The notes under the pieces were generated by a model that made no database searches, was not told where the DNA came from, and saw only the letters and a program-made list of their open reading frames with translations. Position numbers and translations under genes: made by a program. A stretch of 64,000 nt of DNA from an uncultured Verrucomicrobiae bacterium (GTDB lineage: Bacteria; Verrucomicrobiota; Verrucomicrobiia; Limisphaerales; Palsa-1400), in assembly GCA_963702845.1 (NCBI GenBank), contig OY969763.1:3872001-3936000 (forward strand). The letters run 5' to 3'. Shown here piece after piece: positions 20,372-30,903 of this stretch (positions are counted from its first letter, which is position 1; each line of letters begins with the position of its first letter).

Positions 20372-23017
20372 TCAATTCGTTATATACTGCGTCGCGCGGT
20401 GCGTTGGGGTGATGGTGACGGCTGGGGCGGCATAGTCCTCGGGATTAATCGGTCCGGTGTATGGACCAACAGAAGGTAATTCCGGGTAGAGGCCTGGATT
20501 TCGGACGTCCATGCTATCAAAGGTATCCGTGACGATGAAATGTTGGTGCGGCGCGATCTGAATGTCTCGGCGCATGAGCACTTGTACTCCAATTGTCGGA
20601 GGTCCGATTAGTACGTCACGAAGCGACGGAGACGGAGACGGAGGCGGAGGCGGCAGTACCGGCGTCGTGACGAGTTGCCATGCGTCTTGAAAACTGAAAA
20701 ACGCGGTCGCCCCGAGTTCCGCGTCGATTGAGCTTTCGTCAGCCAGGACAAAGCCGTCATCGTATGTTCCCAACGAAGCCAAAGGCGTGGCGCGCAGGAC
20801 TATCAAGACGCTGTGGTCGGTGTCGAGCGTGTAGCCGATGTTTTCGCCGCCAATGAGAGCATTGACGTGAAATGGATTGTGCCCGGCGAAGGTGATCGTG
20901 CCAGCAACCAGGCCCGTCGCCGGATCAAAGGTCAGGTTCATCGTCACATTCGATTGGCCCGGCATGGCGACGATTCGATTGTTCGCCGGCGAATAAATGA
21001 ATTGGGCCGAGTAACTGATCGTATCGTTAGCGATCATAATCTCGCCTACGGCGAAATTGGTCAGGATAGATTTGCCGATGTCGGGTGTATATCTGCCGAT
21101 GACCAGATCCAAATTTTCCACGACCCCAGCGGGATAAACCTTCGCGCTCGCATTGGGCGGCTTCACCCAACGTCCACCGCTGGCACTCAAGGGAAAGAGA
21201 AACTCGAGGTTGAGGGTCGCGAGAATCATTCCGTCGCCGCCGTTAAGCGGGATGAAGATGGCGATCGAATGGTCTTTGCGGACGGGCGTTGAGAACGTCA
21301 CCGCGGGCGAGCCGTCGGCTAGATGCATGACCACATTGGCCTGCCCCTTCGGCGTGACGACGACTGAGCCGTAGCTGGCACCGACGCTCAAGTTAGCTAC
21401 GTCATCCACGAAATTGTAGAGCCCGGGCGCGACGGCATTGGTGGAGGATTGGACCAACGGCATCGGCGACAATATCAGGGACGAAATAGTCATCGAGAGC
21501 GTTGGTGTCGGCAAGAGATGACCAGAGCCGTCGCTCGGGAAACGGATGTTGCCGGATAAAGATCGGTCCGCGCCGGTCGCGAACGTTGAATTGACCGCGT
21601 CGGGGTCCTCGAAGTCGGCATCGAAACGCAATTTGCCGGCAATGGGAAAGCGGCCCGCTCTAAACAAGACGGTGCCGGTGTATGTGCCGTCGGGCTTTAC
21701 CGTGATGATGGTGTAACCGGAATTGGCCGACGATGGATTGTTATGGAGGGGAGGCCGAAAAGTGTCAAAGAACGGGCCCGAGTAAGTGCCAGCGATTGCC
21801 GGGAATGGGTTCGTGACGAAATTCCCGACGATGGTCATGTTCGATTGCATCAGGAAATTCCAGGGATTGAGCGTTGAGAGCACTTTAAAATCGCCGTCGC
21901 GCCAATCGCGGAAGACGGTGTTGGTGTCTTTCGGTTTGCCGGCGACGGTGTAACCGCGTCCGACCTCAAGCATCGCGCCATCGCGCACACCTCTGCTGCC
22001 GATGACGGTGCCATTGCCCGAGGTTAAGAGCGTCAGCGGACTGCGCACGGAGTAGAAGATGCGGCGCGTGACGATCGATGAAACGTTTTGGCACAAGTCG
22101 AAGCCCGACACCCAAAACCAGTTCGTGCCCGGAACGAGATTGACGATATTGAAACCGGTCGTCCACGTCGATTGTTTTGGAAAGTCAGGGGTATTTTCGA
22201 TAGCGTACAACCAACCATTAAAAGCCGACACTCCTAGTGAAGGATCGTCTCCCGGCGCAGCCAAACGCCACACCGGCGCGAAGGTCGCCAGGTTATCGGT
22301 GATCGTGCCGGTCACTTCGATGCTCGGGGTGTTGGTCGCTTGATGCGGCGCAGGCGATGTGATGGTGAGTGTCGCCGGAAGGAAATCGCCCACCACGGTG
22401 CAACTGCCGCTGTTCAATGGTACAGGCGAGGATGCCGGCGTGTTGACCTTGTTGGAGAGATGGTAGACGCAATCGATTATCCGCTCGTACTTTCCGAAAG
22501 CCACGAACGCCGAAATGCCCCCTACAGGCGGATAGGTATAATTAGTCGAGGTCGCCATGTGTTCCAAACCCAGCGCACCAGATCGCCCGGTGGCGGTCCC
22601 GCTCAAAACGTTATGGGCCCAGCTCAGCGTGAGCGTTTTCACGACCGCATAATGCGGATTGCCATTTGTATTAGGAGTGTTGTGGTAAAACTTGAACGTC
22701 GCGCTCGTCGCACCCGGCGTATAAGAACTGATGATCGGGTTGTCGTCGTTTGGCATTCCCCATAAGTCCCCATAAAGCGCTGCACCGGCCCCTCCAATAT
22801 CGAAGAAAGTGTCAAAGCCGATCGGCCCGACGTTGGTCATGACGATCCCGGAAAACACCAGCGACGCCGCGCCATTGGTGACGATGGACGTCGTGTGCGT
22901 GACGGGATTGGTGACGAGGACCTCGTTCCACGTTTCGGACATCGAAAAAGTCGGAACAGCCTGCGCGCTAAGCGTCGTTGCCAGCAGCAAAAGGGATAAC
23001 AGGCGAATTAGTTTCAT
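20372..23017 (-). CDS. Large secreted beta-rich protein (about 880 aa) with Ig-like and InlB B-repeat-like modules
   Basis: signal peptide MKLIRLLSLLLLATTLSAQA; LTITSP..VTGTITDN; GNGTV..YTVAGKP..VFRDW..MQSNMTIVGNF; poly-Pro tract near the C-terminus. Confidence 0.8.
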   Translation of the reverse strand: MKLIRLLSLLLLATTLSAQAVPTFSMSETWNEVLVTNPVTHTTSIVTNGAASLVFSGIVMTNVGPIGFDTFFDIGGAGAALYGDLWGMPNDDNPIISSYTPGATSATFKFYHNTPNTNGNPHYAVVKTLTLSWAHNVLSGTATGRSGALGLEHMATSTNYTYPPVGGISAFVAFGKYERIIDCVYHLSNKVNTPASSPVPLNSGSCTVVGDFLPATLTITSPAPHQATNTPSIEVTGTITDNLATFAPVWRLAAPGDDPSLGVSAFNGWLYAIENTPDFPKQSTWTTGFNIVNLVPGTNWFWVSGFDLCQNVSSIVTRRIFYSVRSPLTLLTSGNGTVIGSRGVRDGAMLEVGRGYTVAGKPKDTNTVFRDWRDGDFKVLSTLNPWNFLMQSNMTIVGNFVTNPFPAIAGTYSGPFFDTFRPPLHNNPSSANSGYTIITVKPDGTYTGTVLFRAGRFPIAGKLRFDADFEDPDAVNSTFATGADRSLSGNIRFPSDGSGHLLPTPTLSMTISSLILSPMPLVQSSTNAVAPGLYNFVDDVANLSVGASYGSVVVTPKGQANVVMHLADGSPAVTFSTPVRKDHSIAIFIPLNGGDGMILATLNLEFLFPLSASGGRWVKPPNASAKVYPAGVVENLDLVIGRYTPDIGKSILTNFAVGEIMIANDTISYSAQFIYSPANNRIVAMPGQSNVTMNLTFDPATGLVAGTITFAGHNPFHVNALIGGENIGYTLDTDHSVLIVLRATPLASLGTYDDGFVLADESSIDAELGATAFFSFQDAWQLVTTPVLPPPPPSPSPSLRDVLIGPPTIGVQVLMRRDIQIAPHQHFIVTDTFDSMDVRNPGLYPELPSVGPYTGPINPEDYAAPAVTITPTHRATQYITN

Positions 23018-23753
23018 GGTTGATTTGCACCCATCATCGCGAACAAAAACGGCCAATAGTTTTGGTTGTGCAGGACGACGTTTTTGACACAAATGGGGTT
23101 ACATTCCAAGCGTAATCGCCCCGCCCCCCAGCCGCTGCCACGGTCAAAAAGGGGTCAGTTAATAGTATTGTCACATCAAGGTTACTGCTTAAAAAAGTGG
23201 TTTATTTGAAACCTGAACACCGAAAACTAGCAGCTCCCTGGCGCTTGACAATACCGTAACTTCACTACACAGTATGCAGAAGCAGCCGGTCGCTACCGGC
23301 ATCCCCAAAACGGGGATCGTTCTTTGACATTCGATGTAGCCGCCGAAGTGATGAGGCGGATGGCCGGATTGCACCTAATTGCAGTCAAAATTTAAAAAAC
23401 AGGTGGGGACGATCGCGCTGCGTCGCCCTGGGGGCGATAAATGAGAAACATATTCTTCTCCAATGTTTCTCATTTGTTTCTCCGAAGTTTCTCCATGTTT
23501 CTCCAATGTGCCACAATGAGAAGGAATGTGCCACAATGTGCCACATTTTTGAATTTTTTGGCAAGGGCTTCCCAGATGGTGTGCCCTAAACACCGAAACA
23601 ACCGCCGTGAATCCGCGGGTTGATATCGCATCGCGATAGCAAGAGGTGCAACGTTTCGACCGAATAGCAGAGACGGCGACGTTGAAACTGGACTACGCAA
23701 TCGTATGAGGCGCACGCGCCATCAATATTCCGTTCAGCCTCAAGCCACTACTG

Positions 23754-24935
23754 TCAGCTTTCCAGGTCGCGTTGCCAAACGCGCGGCAGCACTTTCCAAC
23801 TCCACCAAATCACCCCAAGCGACCAGAAAATCGCGCCATAAATATAATGCGACGCCATGATCTTCGGCCAGAAGTCGCCGCTGATACGTGTGATCATTGC
23901 GAACCACATAATACCGGTGACCCAAAGCAGCCATCGATTGGGTTTCGACATTAGCGCCAGGTTTCCGCTGTGTCCGAAGATTACGCGGGTCGCGACGCTG
24001 AACGTGATGACGGCGAAACCACCAACGAGCGTGAGGTGAAGCAAGCCGACGCGCCATTGCGGAAACACGCTCACAAAGAAAAACCCGGCGAGCATTGACG
24101 CGAACGCCAGCTTCAACACGAGACTGAAAGCGTTCTTGATTTTCGCGCGTCGAAACAGCGGCAGTTCGAACACGACATAGAACGCGCTCGTGACAAACCG
24201 TAATGCAGAACCGAGCCGATACCAGCCATCGGCTTCCAACCAGAATGACGCCAGAATCAAGACTGCTGTCAGCAACGCCGGCCATGCCCGAGCCATCCAA
24301 CTGGCACTTGGCCTCTTCGCTTCTGGAAAATCATGCGGATTCGGCAGGCCGAAAAAACGCGGCAGCACAAATGCGCCCACGCCAAGAATCGGGAATAGCA
24401 CGAAGCCTTGATAGGACAACAAATGCTGCAACAACGGACGGGCCGGCGGCTCATCGGAATAACTGGCAACAATCCCCAATACCGCTCCTGCAGCCGCGCA
24501 CAGCAATCCGAGCAGCACGAGAATAAATCCCGGTGGCGGTGTGTCCTGTCGTTTCGGAAATCGCCAGGCAATACAGCCGAAAAAGCAAATGAGCACAGCG
24601 AGGAATAATTCATCGCCCAATGGAATTTTCCCAAAAAAATACGCGCCAGCCATCGCGATATAAATCAAGGCGAGCAAAAATGCTTCGACCACAGTGAACG
24701 GCCGGACCGACAACATCCGCGGCATCGCCGTCCCGAGGAATCCAAATATGAATCCACCGAACAGTCCGTATGCCATGAGCCGCGCATGGCTCAGCCCGGG
24801 ATAGAGTTTCATCACTCCACCGAAATGCAACGGCCACAACAAGACCCCCGCTAGCCCAACGAGAACGGCTAACGGAAGAAATAAACGAAACGGCTCCGCC
24901 GCCAATTCCCGCATTGTGATGCGCGACTGATTCAT
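23754..24935 (-). CDS. nnrS: NnrS family membrane protein
   Basis: EPFRLF, HARLMAYGL..FIFGFLGTAMP, LHLTLVGGF...TRVIFGHSG. Confidence 0.88.
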   Translation of the reverse strand: MNQSRITMRELAAEPFRLFLPLAVLVGLAGVLLWPLHFGGVMKLYPGLSHARLMAYGLFGGFIFGFLGTAMPRMLSVRPFTVVEAFLLALIYIAMAGAYFFGKIPLGDELFLAVLICFFGCIAWRFPKRQDTPPPGFILVLLGLLCAAAGAVLGIVASYSDEPPARPLLQHLLSYQGFVLFPILGVGAFVLPRFFGLPNPHDFPEAKRPSASWMARAWPALLTAVLILASFWLEADGWYRLGSALRFVTSAFYVVFELPLFRRAKIKNAFSLVLKLAFASMLAGFFFVSVFPQWRVGLLHLTLVGGFAVITFSVATRVIFGHSGNLALMSKPNRWLLWVTGIMWFAMITRISGDFWPKIMASHYIYGAIFWSLGVIWWSWKVLPRVWQRDLES

Positions 24936-25067
24936 CGCATTACGATACGAACGACGCGAAGGAACCGCTCACCGTTATTTGCGCTTACCCGCACAATTTT
25001 TGGTGCGGTTTTTGTGCGGTTTTTTCTTCGTTTCAATTCCGATTACCTCCAAAATACCGGCTCTACG

Positions 25068-26378
25068 ATGAACGTCAGCCGTCTGCTCCGTCTTTTTCCG
25101 ATTTTGTTCGCGTTCGCGCAAGTGCCGTTCAGCGCGTTGGCTCAGATTGACGACTACGAACAGCCTCCAATCAACTACTCCAAAGCGCAACCGCACGATG
25201 CGATCAGTCGTTTAGAAAAGCGCCTTGTTTCGGGCGGAGTGAAGTTCGCTGGTGACGACAAAGCGATCGCGCGCTCGCTCTTGCGTGAGTTGCAAATTCC
25301 TGAAGCGAGCCAAATCGTGGTCTTTTCGAAGACGAGTTTTCAACGCAAACGCATTGAACCGACCCATCCGCGCGCACTCTACTTTTCTGATTCCTGTTAC
25401 GTCGGGTGGGTTCCTGGCGGCCTGATGGAGATTACTACGATCGATCCTGAACTTGGTCCGGTCTTCTACTCGTTCGATCCGAGCGCGGTTCCGCAAAAGA
25501 ACTCGCCGCGCTTCACCCGCGACTCCGATTGCCTGACGTGTCACGCCACGAGCGGCGTTAACAACATGCCCGGCGTGTTCGCGCGTTCAGTTTTTCCGGA
25601 CAGCGACGGCGAACCGCTGCTCCGTCACGGTTCTGAAATGGTCGACTATCGCACGCCGTTCGACCATCGCTGGGGTGGTTGGTATGTCACCGGCCAACAC
25701 GGCACCGCGACTCATCGCGGAAATGTTTTCGCACAGGAACGCGGAGATGAGCTTGTCGTTGATTTTCACAAAGGCGCAAATATTATGAACCTCTCGACCT
25801 TTTTTGAATCGGGCAATTACCTTCGCGGTGACAGCGACATCGTTGCCTTGATGGTTTTCGAGCACCAGCTCGCGATGCAAAATGCCATCGTCCAGGCAAA
25901 CTTCCGCTGCCGTCGCATGATGGATTATCAACGCAAACTCCAGCATGATCTAAAAGAGACAGTCACCGAAGAGCCCACCTACGACAGCGTAAAAAGTGTC
26001 TTCGCCAGTTGCTCGCGTGACGTTGTCGATTGTCTTCTTTTCAAAGACGAAGCGGCGTTGCCGGACGACATCAAAGGCTCGGCCGCTTTTCAACGCGCGT
26101 TCGAGGCGAATGCGAAAACCGTCAAAGGCATCGGCTCATTGAAGGACCTCTCGTTGCAAGGCCGTCTCTTCGAGAATCGCTGTAGTTACCTGATCTACTC
26201 CGAATCGTTTCTCGCGCTGCCAAAATTATTAAAGGAACGGATCTACGTCGGGCTCGATAAGGCGCTTAGGAGCAAATCTCCTGACGAACGTTACAACTAC
26301 CTCAACAATGACGAACGCGCGCGCATCGTCAGAATTCTTCGCGCCACCCATCCTGACCTTGCGGTGAAGTGGCGCTGA
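25068..26378 (+). CDS. Exported hypothetical protein with one CxxCH haem-binding motif
   Basis: signal peptide; VFSKTSFQ, PRALYF, CLTCH, RWGGWYVTG, SDIVALMVFEHQ, CSYLIYS. Confidence 0.8.
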   Translation: MNVSRLLRLFPILFAFAQVPFSALAQIDDYEQPPINYSKAQPHDAISRLEKRLVSGGVKFAGDDKAIARSLLRELQIPEASQIVVFSKTSFQRKRIEPTHPRALYFSDSCYVGWVPGGLMEITTIDPELGPVFYSFDPSAVPQKNSPRFTRDSDCLTCHATSGVNNMPGVFARSVFPDSDGEPLLRHGSEMVDYRTPFDHRWGGWYVTGQHGTATHRGNVFAQERGDELVVDFHKGANIMNLSTFFESGNYLRGDSDIVALMVFEHQLAMQNAIVQANFRCRRMMDYQRKLQHDLKETVTEEPTYDSVKSVFASCSRDVVDCLLFKDEAALPDDIKGSAAFQRAFEANAKTVKGIGSLKDLSLQGRLFENRCSYLIYSESFLALPKLLKERIYVGLDKALRSKSPDERYNYLNNDERARIVRILRATHPDLAVKWR

Positions 26379-26390
26379 CGGTAATCAAAC

Positions 26391-27803
26391 GTGGTGAATT
26401 TCCATTTGCGTTTTTTAGTCGCTGTCGTGTGTGGCGCATTGGCTGGCGGTTGCGCACATCGTTTCGACAGCAATGCCGACAAGCTCCCCGCTGAAGACAT
26501 ATCATTTTTGCGCGATCTCACGCGCGATGTAGTTAATGCTTCACGCGTCAAACCGGGATCAAATGGTGGCGGAAATTGCCCTTTCACCAACACGTGCGGG
26601 TTCAGTTTGATTACGCCCGGCAAAGACACGTATCAGGCGTTTTGGCCGCGCGATTTTTCCATGGCGCTCGGGTCGGGATTCGTCAGCACCGACGAGATGC
26701 GAAATCATCTCCTTCTTTTGTGCCGTGTTCAGAATGGTGCTACGGACAAACAACTCGCGAACGGGTTACACGTGCCGCCGTGGGCCATTCCGGACCATAT
26801 AAACTATGACAGGCGCGCAGTCTGGTTTCCCGGAACGATGAGTTCGGGCGAGGATCAAGGCTCCGGCGTTTGCGGCCGAATTCCCCCGCTGGATGACAAC
26901 TTTGAATTCATCCACATCGCTTTCACGCTTTGGAAAACAACGCACGATTCAAAATTTCTCAGTGAATCCGTCAATGGACTCACGGTATTCGAGCGGCTGC
27001 AAAATGCATTTGAATCGGTGAAAACGGATCCAATGACGGACCTCGTTGAAACCACCGAGGACGACCGAGGAGTCGGTTTCGGATTTTGTGACGCCGAGGC
27101 GCACACGGGCAAATTGCTGTTCGCATCGTTACTTCGGTTCCGCGCCGCTGATGAGATGGCTGAATTGTCCCGTATGTTGCATTCTAAAACGGGCGCCGCG
27201 CACTACAACAGAACGGCACGAAAAATCCGCGACAACATCGTACCCACGTTCCGCGACCCGATCGTTGGCGGTTGGTTGCGAGCATCGACCGGTTTAAGCA
27301 AACAACCTGATGTTTGGGGAACTCTCTATGCGCTTGAGCTTGGTGTGCTCGATAAGAAGTTTGCGAATGCTGCACGGTCAACGGTCGCCAACGCGGTCCG
27401 CTCAGGAACAATCACATTTGAAGGCGGCGTGCGCCATGTCCCGAAGATTTTCGACTTTAGTGCGACAACAGCATGGGAACGATCTATCGTGCCGTTGAAC
27501 ACGTATCAAAACGGCGGCTACTGGCACGCGGCTTCGGGCTGGTTGATCGACGTGTTGTGGACTGAAGATCGATCACTCGCCCTGAATATTTTCAACGATA
27601 TAATCGCACACTTGCGCAACCAAGATTTCCGTAAAGGTCCCGGTCACAGCGCGCCATGGGAGGTTTTTGGACCGAACACTGAGGCATTGCGGAACCCGGT
27701 TTATATGGCATCGGTCGCCTTACCATATTCGACACTCAAGAATCTTAGTGCTACTACCGATCAAAAGGTATTTTCCACGATTGCCGCACGGTCGCGAAAT
27801 TGA
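26391..27803 (+). CDS. Lipoprotein, putative six-hairpin glycoside hydrolase
   Basis: lipobox LAGGC; YQAFWPRDF, GFGFCDAE, QPDVWG, YQNGGYW. Confidence 0.65.
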   Translation: MVNFHLRFLVAVVCGALAGGCAHRFDSNADKLPAEDISFLRDLTRDVVNASRVKPGSNGGGNCPFTNTCGFSLITPGKDTYQAFWPRDFSMALGSGFVSTDEMRNHLLLLCRVQNGATDKQLANGLHVPPWAIPDHINYDRRAVWFPGTMSSGEDQGSGVCGRIPPLDDNFEFIHIAFTLWKTTHDSKFLSESVNGLTVFERLQNAFESVKTDPMTDLVETTEDDRGVGFGFCDAEAHTGKLLFASLLRFRAADEMAELSRMLHSKTGAAHYNRTARKIRDNIVPTFRDPIVGGWLRASTGLSKQPDVWGTLYALELGVLDKKFANAARSTVANAVRSGTITFEGGVRHVPKIFDFSATTAWERSIVPLNTYQNGGYWHAASGWLIDVLWTEDRSLALNIFNDIIAHLRNQDFRKGPGHSAPWEVFGPNTEALRNPVYMASVALPYSTLKNLSATTDQKVFSTIAARSRN

Positions 27804-30093
27804 TTTCGTGCGCCCAAAGATTTCCAGAGATGTGTGTGAGCGCAGCCGATTTTTCAGTCAACGGAAAATCAAAATGCGGGTTGAAACCTTTTGGAACGTA
27901 GATGAATAGTTTTCCGCTGATGTCCGGCATCCGTTCGCATTGTCCCGATAGCGCATGGGCTTTGTCGTCCCACGCCAACTGTTTCATTTCGTGATAACCC
28001 TGCAACAAATGCATGTCCGTACCTACAATCTGCGGGTGATCGGATGCCTTATGTATCGCCAGGATGCGGCTCGTCTGTGGCGGTAAAGTTAATGTGAGCT
28101 TGTCGTGTTTAATTCCGAGGAACTGTTGGTCCCAAAACTCAAACACGGTCACGTCCTGATTTGTTTGGAATCCGAGGGTTAAAAAGTCGAGCGTCCGATC
28201 CTCAGATTTATTTTCGAAATTGAACAAGCCAACGATGTCCCATTCATCTGCATCGTTTTTACAATGCACACGCCAGATCGACGGAATCGCACGTTCGAAA
28301 AGATCAATCGGCTTCATCGGCGGATTTCCCGGTGGCAGGCATGCTTGCATCATGCGGATACGCGACGGCGGCAAATATTGAAACTCGTCGCTGAACGAAA
28401 TACTGCAGCCCGCCAAAGTCATAATCGCCAGACGCAGCCGCACCTCTTCCACATCCGCCTGCATGCGGACACTCATGTCGCAAACCTCGCGGTGGTAGTC
28501 GCGATCGTTCAACCAATAACCGGCAGCGAGCGAGCGGGCACTCGTGCGCAGGACTTCAATGTTCCCGTTTAAACCGGCATCCGATGTATCATTCCCGCCT
28601 ATGACACTGTCGGCGAGCCCTGCAGAAAGCACCGGCGGTGTTTGGCAATACCGGATCCACGCGTTCGTTCCCGCACCGCGCCGGAGAGCCTCCATCGCAC
28701 TGCGCAACACGCCCCAGCCGCGTGTCACTTTCGGATTGTTTTGAATGAATTGCTGCCCGCCGGATGCTGCGATGAAATCAATTTTGTAATAGCTCACGCC
28801 CCAGTCAGTGAGTTGTGCGAACGTTTTCTCGATCCACTTGGCTGCTTCCGGATTTGACGCATCGAGTTCGTAACAATTCGGGTTCGGTTTCCAATACCAT
28901 TTCCAATTCACCAGCGGTTGGCCGTTTCCGCCCTTTAACATCCACTCGCTATGTTTCTGGTATGTGTCACTCGGTTCAGCGACATCGGTGGGCGCAATCC
29001 AGGCGCCGAGCCTCAACCCATATCGTTCCTTCAACTGGTCGGACAACCAACGCAACCCATGCGGGAAACGTTCGTTCGGAACCCAATCACCAGTGATATC
29101 GCCGCGTTGCCAACCGTGGTCCATTTGCATGATTTCGAATCCAAGTGGCTTGAAATACTTCGCCGCCACCGCCGCATTCGCCAAGACAAGATCTTCGCTC
29201 ATCGCCATGCGATGCGCATACCAACTGCACCATAGCGCCGTGGCTTTGGTGCGCACGGGTTCTTGGGCAAACGCGGCGACAGCATCTCCATATTGTTCCA
29301 GCGAGACGTAACCGTTTGTGTTCGCGGTGACGTAAACGGGATCCAGCTCAAGCGATTCACCCGGACCAAGCAGCCGTTCATTGAACGCCTCATGCGCTAA
29401 CAATCTCGTGCCGCCTTTGCCGGTTTCAAACTTCGCGTTCAAATTTGGAAACCCCTGCAGCGTCGTTAAAAACCCAACCACAAGCCCGCTCGCCGGCTCA
29501 CGGCTCGACAGCCCGAGAAGGCTGCTACTGCTGTAATCTCGCTCTTTCGAACTGTCCGTGGGCAAACATTGCAGCTCGGAAAATCCGGCAACGTAAACCG
29601 ACGCCGGTGACATCGTCGGCTGGCCGATGCGCCAACCGATGTCGGTCGTCGCGTAGAGATCAACCATGTGCTGCGTGCCAAGGCTCACGTTCGCAGCAGT
29701 GGGGTTTCTAATGAGCGCAGAAATCGTGACGCCCGACCGATCGTCGTAAACGCGAAATGAGTTCAAGACTTCGATACCATTCGTCCACCGTTGCACAACT
29801 TCTGTCCCAGTGCCCCACTTGTCCTGAAACGTTTGGACCGATGCAGTTGCCATTGGAGCATGGAGGGTTTTACTGTCTACCTCCAACGCAAAGCTTGCCT
29901 TGTGAATTGACGCATCGACGCCAGACAACCAATCGGCACTCCAGGTGTTCGCTTTGCGTTCGAACGAAAAGCTAAGATAGTCGTTGCGCAGAATGATCTG
30001 CGAATCGACTTCTGAGCTCGATACGCCGGCATGTGCGGAGACAAGTGCGAGAAGGCAAATAGAAGCCCAGAGACGCGCGGCGTGATTGTGCAT
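27754..30093 (-). CDS. Alpha-galactosidase-like glycoside hydrolase (clan D, GH36/GH27)
   Basis: WCSWY, QMDHGWQ, ERFPHGL, YYKIDF; signal peptide from ATG 30093. Confidence 0.85.
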   Translation of the reverse strand: MHNHAARLWASICLLALVSAHAGVSSSEVDSQIILRNDYLSFSFERKANTWSADWLSGVDASIHKASFALEVDSKTLHAPMATASVQTFQDKWGTGTEVVQRWTNGIEVLNSFRVYDDRSGVTISALIRNPTAANVSLGTQHMVDLYATTDIGWRIGQPTMSPASVYVAGFSELQCLPTDSSKERDYSSSSLLGLSSREPASGLVVGFLTTLQGFPNLNAKFETGKGGTRLLAHEAFNERLLGPGESLELDPVYVTANTNGYVSLEQYGDAVAAFAQEPVRTKATALWCSWYAHRMAMSEDLVLANAAVAAKYFKPLGFEIMQMDHGWQRGDITGDWVPNERFPHGLRWLSDQLKERYGLRLGAWIAPTDVAEPSDTYQKHSEWMLKGGNGQPLVNWKWYWKPNPNCYELDASNPEAAKWIEKTFAQLTDWGVSYYKIDFIAASGGQQFIQNNPKVTRGWGVLRSAMEALRRGAGTNAWIRYCQTPPVLSAGLADSVIGGNDTSDAGLNGNIEVLRTSARSLAAGYWLNDRDYHREVCDMSVRMQADVEEVRLRLAIMTLAGCSISFSDEFQYLPPSRIRMMQACLPPGNPPMKPIDLFERAIPSIWRVHCKNDADEWDIVGLFNFENKSEDRTLDFLTLGFQTNQDVTVFEFWDQQFLGIKHDKLTLTLPPQTSRILAIHKASDHPQIVGTDMHLLQGYHEMKQLAWDDKAHALSGQCERMPDISGKLFIYVPKGFNPHFDFPLTEKSAALTHISGNLWAHEINFATVRQSWKIPFDR

Positions 30094-30186
30094 CGGGCGA
30101 TTGAACCAGATTCGAAGGTGGTTGGACAAGCTGTGGTTAAATTCAAGTTGGTTGAGTCGGTGGCGCAGGTTATGTCTTAAGTAGTT

Positions 30187-30828
30187 ATGATTGACGTTGA
30201 AACATTGCGGCGCGAATACACTCAGGGGTCGTTGGATGTTACCGATCTCAAACCCAATCCATTCGATCAGTTCACTATCTGGTTCGAGCAGGCCTGCAAC
30301 GCGCAGTTGCAGGACCCGAACGCGATGAGTGTCGCGACCGTTTCGGCACAAGGTCAGCCCAGTCTGCGCACCGTGCTGATGAAGCACTATGACCAGGACG
30401 GCTTTGTTTTCCTCACCAATTACGAGAGCCGTAAAGCGCGCGAGATCAGTGAGAACTCAAATGTTGCACTGATGTTCCCGTGGCTGGCGCTGGAACGACA
30501 GGTCATCATCACAGGGACTGCCACGAAGATTTCCACGAGTGAAGCACTGAAATATTTTCTCAAACGGCCAACGGAGAGCCAGATCAGCGCGTGGGCGTCG
30601 CCGCAAAGTCGGATCGTCGAGTCGCGCAAAGTGCTTCAAATGATGTGGGACAAAATGAAGCAGAAATATGCCGACGGCAAAGTTCCCCTGCCCTCGTTCT
30701 GGGGCGGTTACCGAGTTGCACCGAAAACGGTTGAATTCTGGCAAGGCCGCAAAAACCGTTTGCACGATCGCTTTCTTTATTCCCGGCAACTCGATAATTC
30801 GTGGGCCGTAAACCGGCTTGGACCTTAG
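30187..30828 (+). CDS. pdxH: Pyridoxamine 5'-phosphate oxidase
   Basis: LRREY, PNAMSVAT, TNYESRK, FWGGYR, EFWQGRKNRLHDR. Confidence 0.97.
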   Translation: MIDVETLRREYTQGSLDVTDLKPNPFDQFTIWFEQACNAQLQDPNAMSVATVSAQGQPSLRTVLMKHYDQDGFVFLTNYESRKAREISENSNVALMFPWLALERQVIITGTATKISTSEALKYFLKRPTESQISAWASPQSRIVESRKVLQMMWDKMKQKYADGKVPLPSFWGGYRVAPKTVEFWQGRKNRLHDRFLYSRQLDNSWAVNRLGP

Positions 30829-30903
30829 TTGATTTGCGTCAAGGCGTTTCGCGCGAGGCTTCCGTCAAATAAGTTGTTGAACCAACAACTGACCACCAAC
30901 GTT

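Noticed and set aside
23438..23550. Possible CRISPR array or iteron-type origin
   Set aside because: Units are only 10-11 nt with no unique spacers; no cas or rep gene nearby
19252..23700. Prophage or integrative element
   Set aside because: No integrase, transposase, phage gene, tRNA or flanking direct repeats seen
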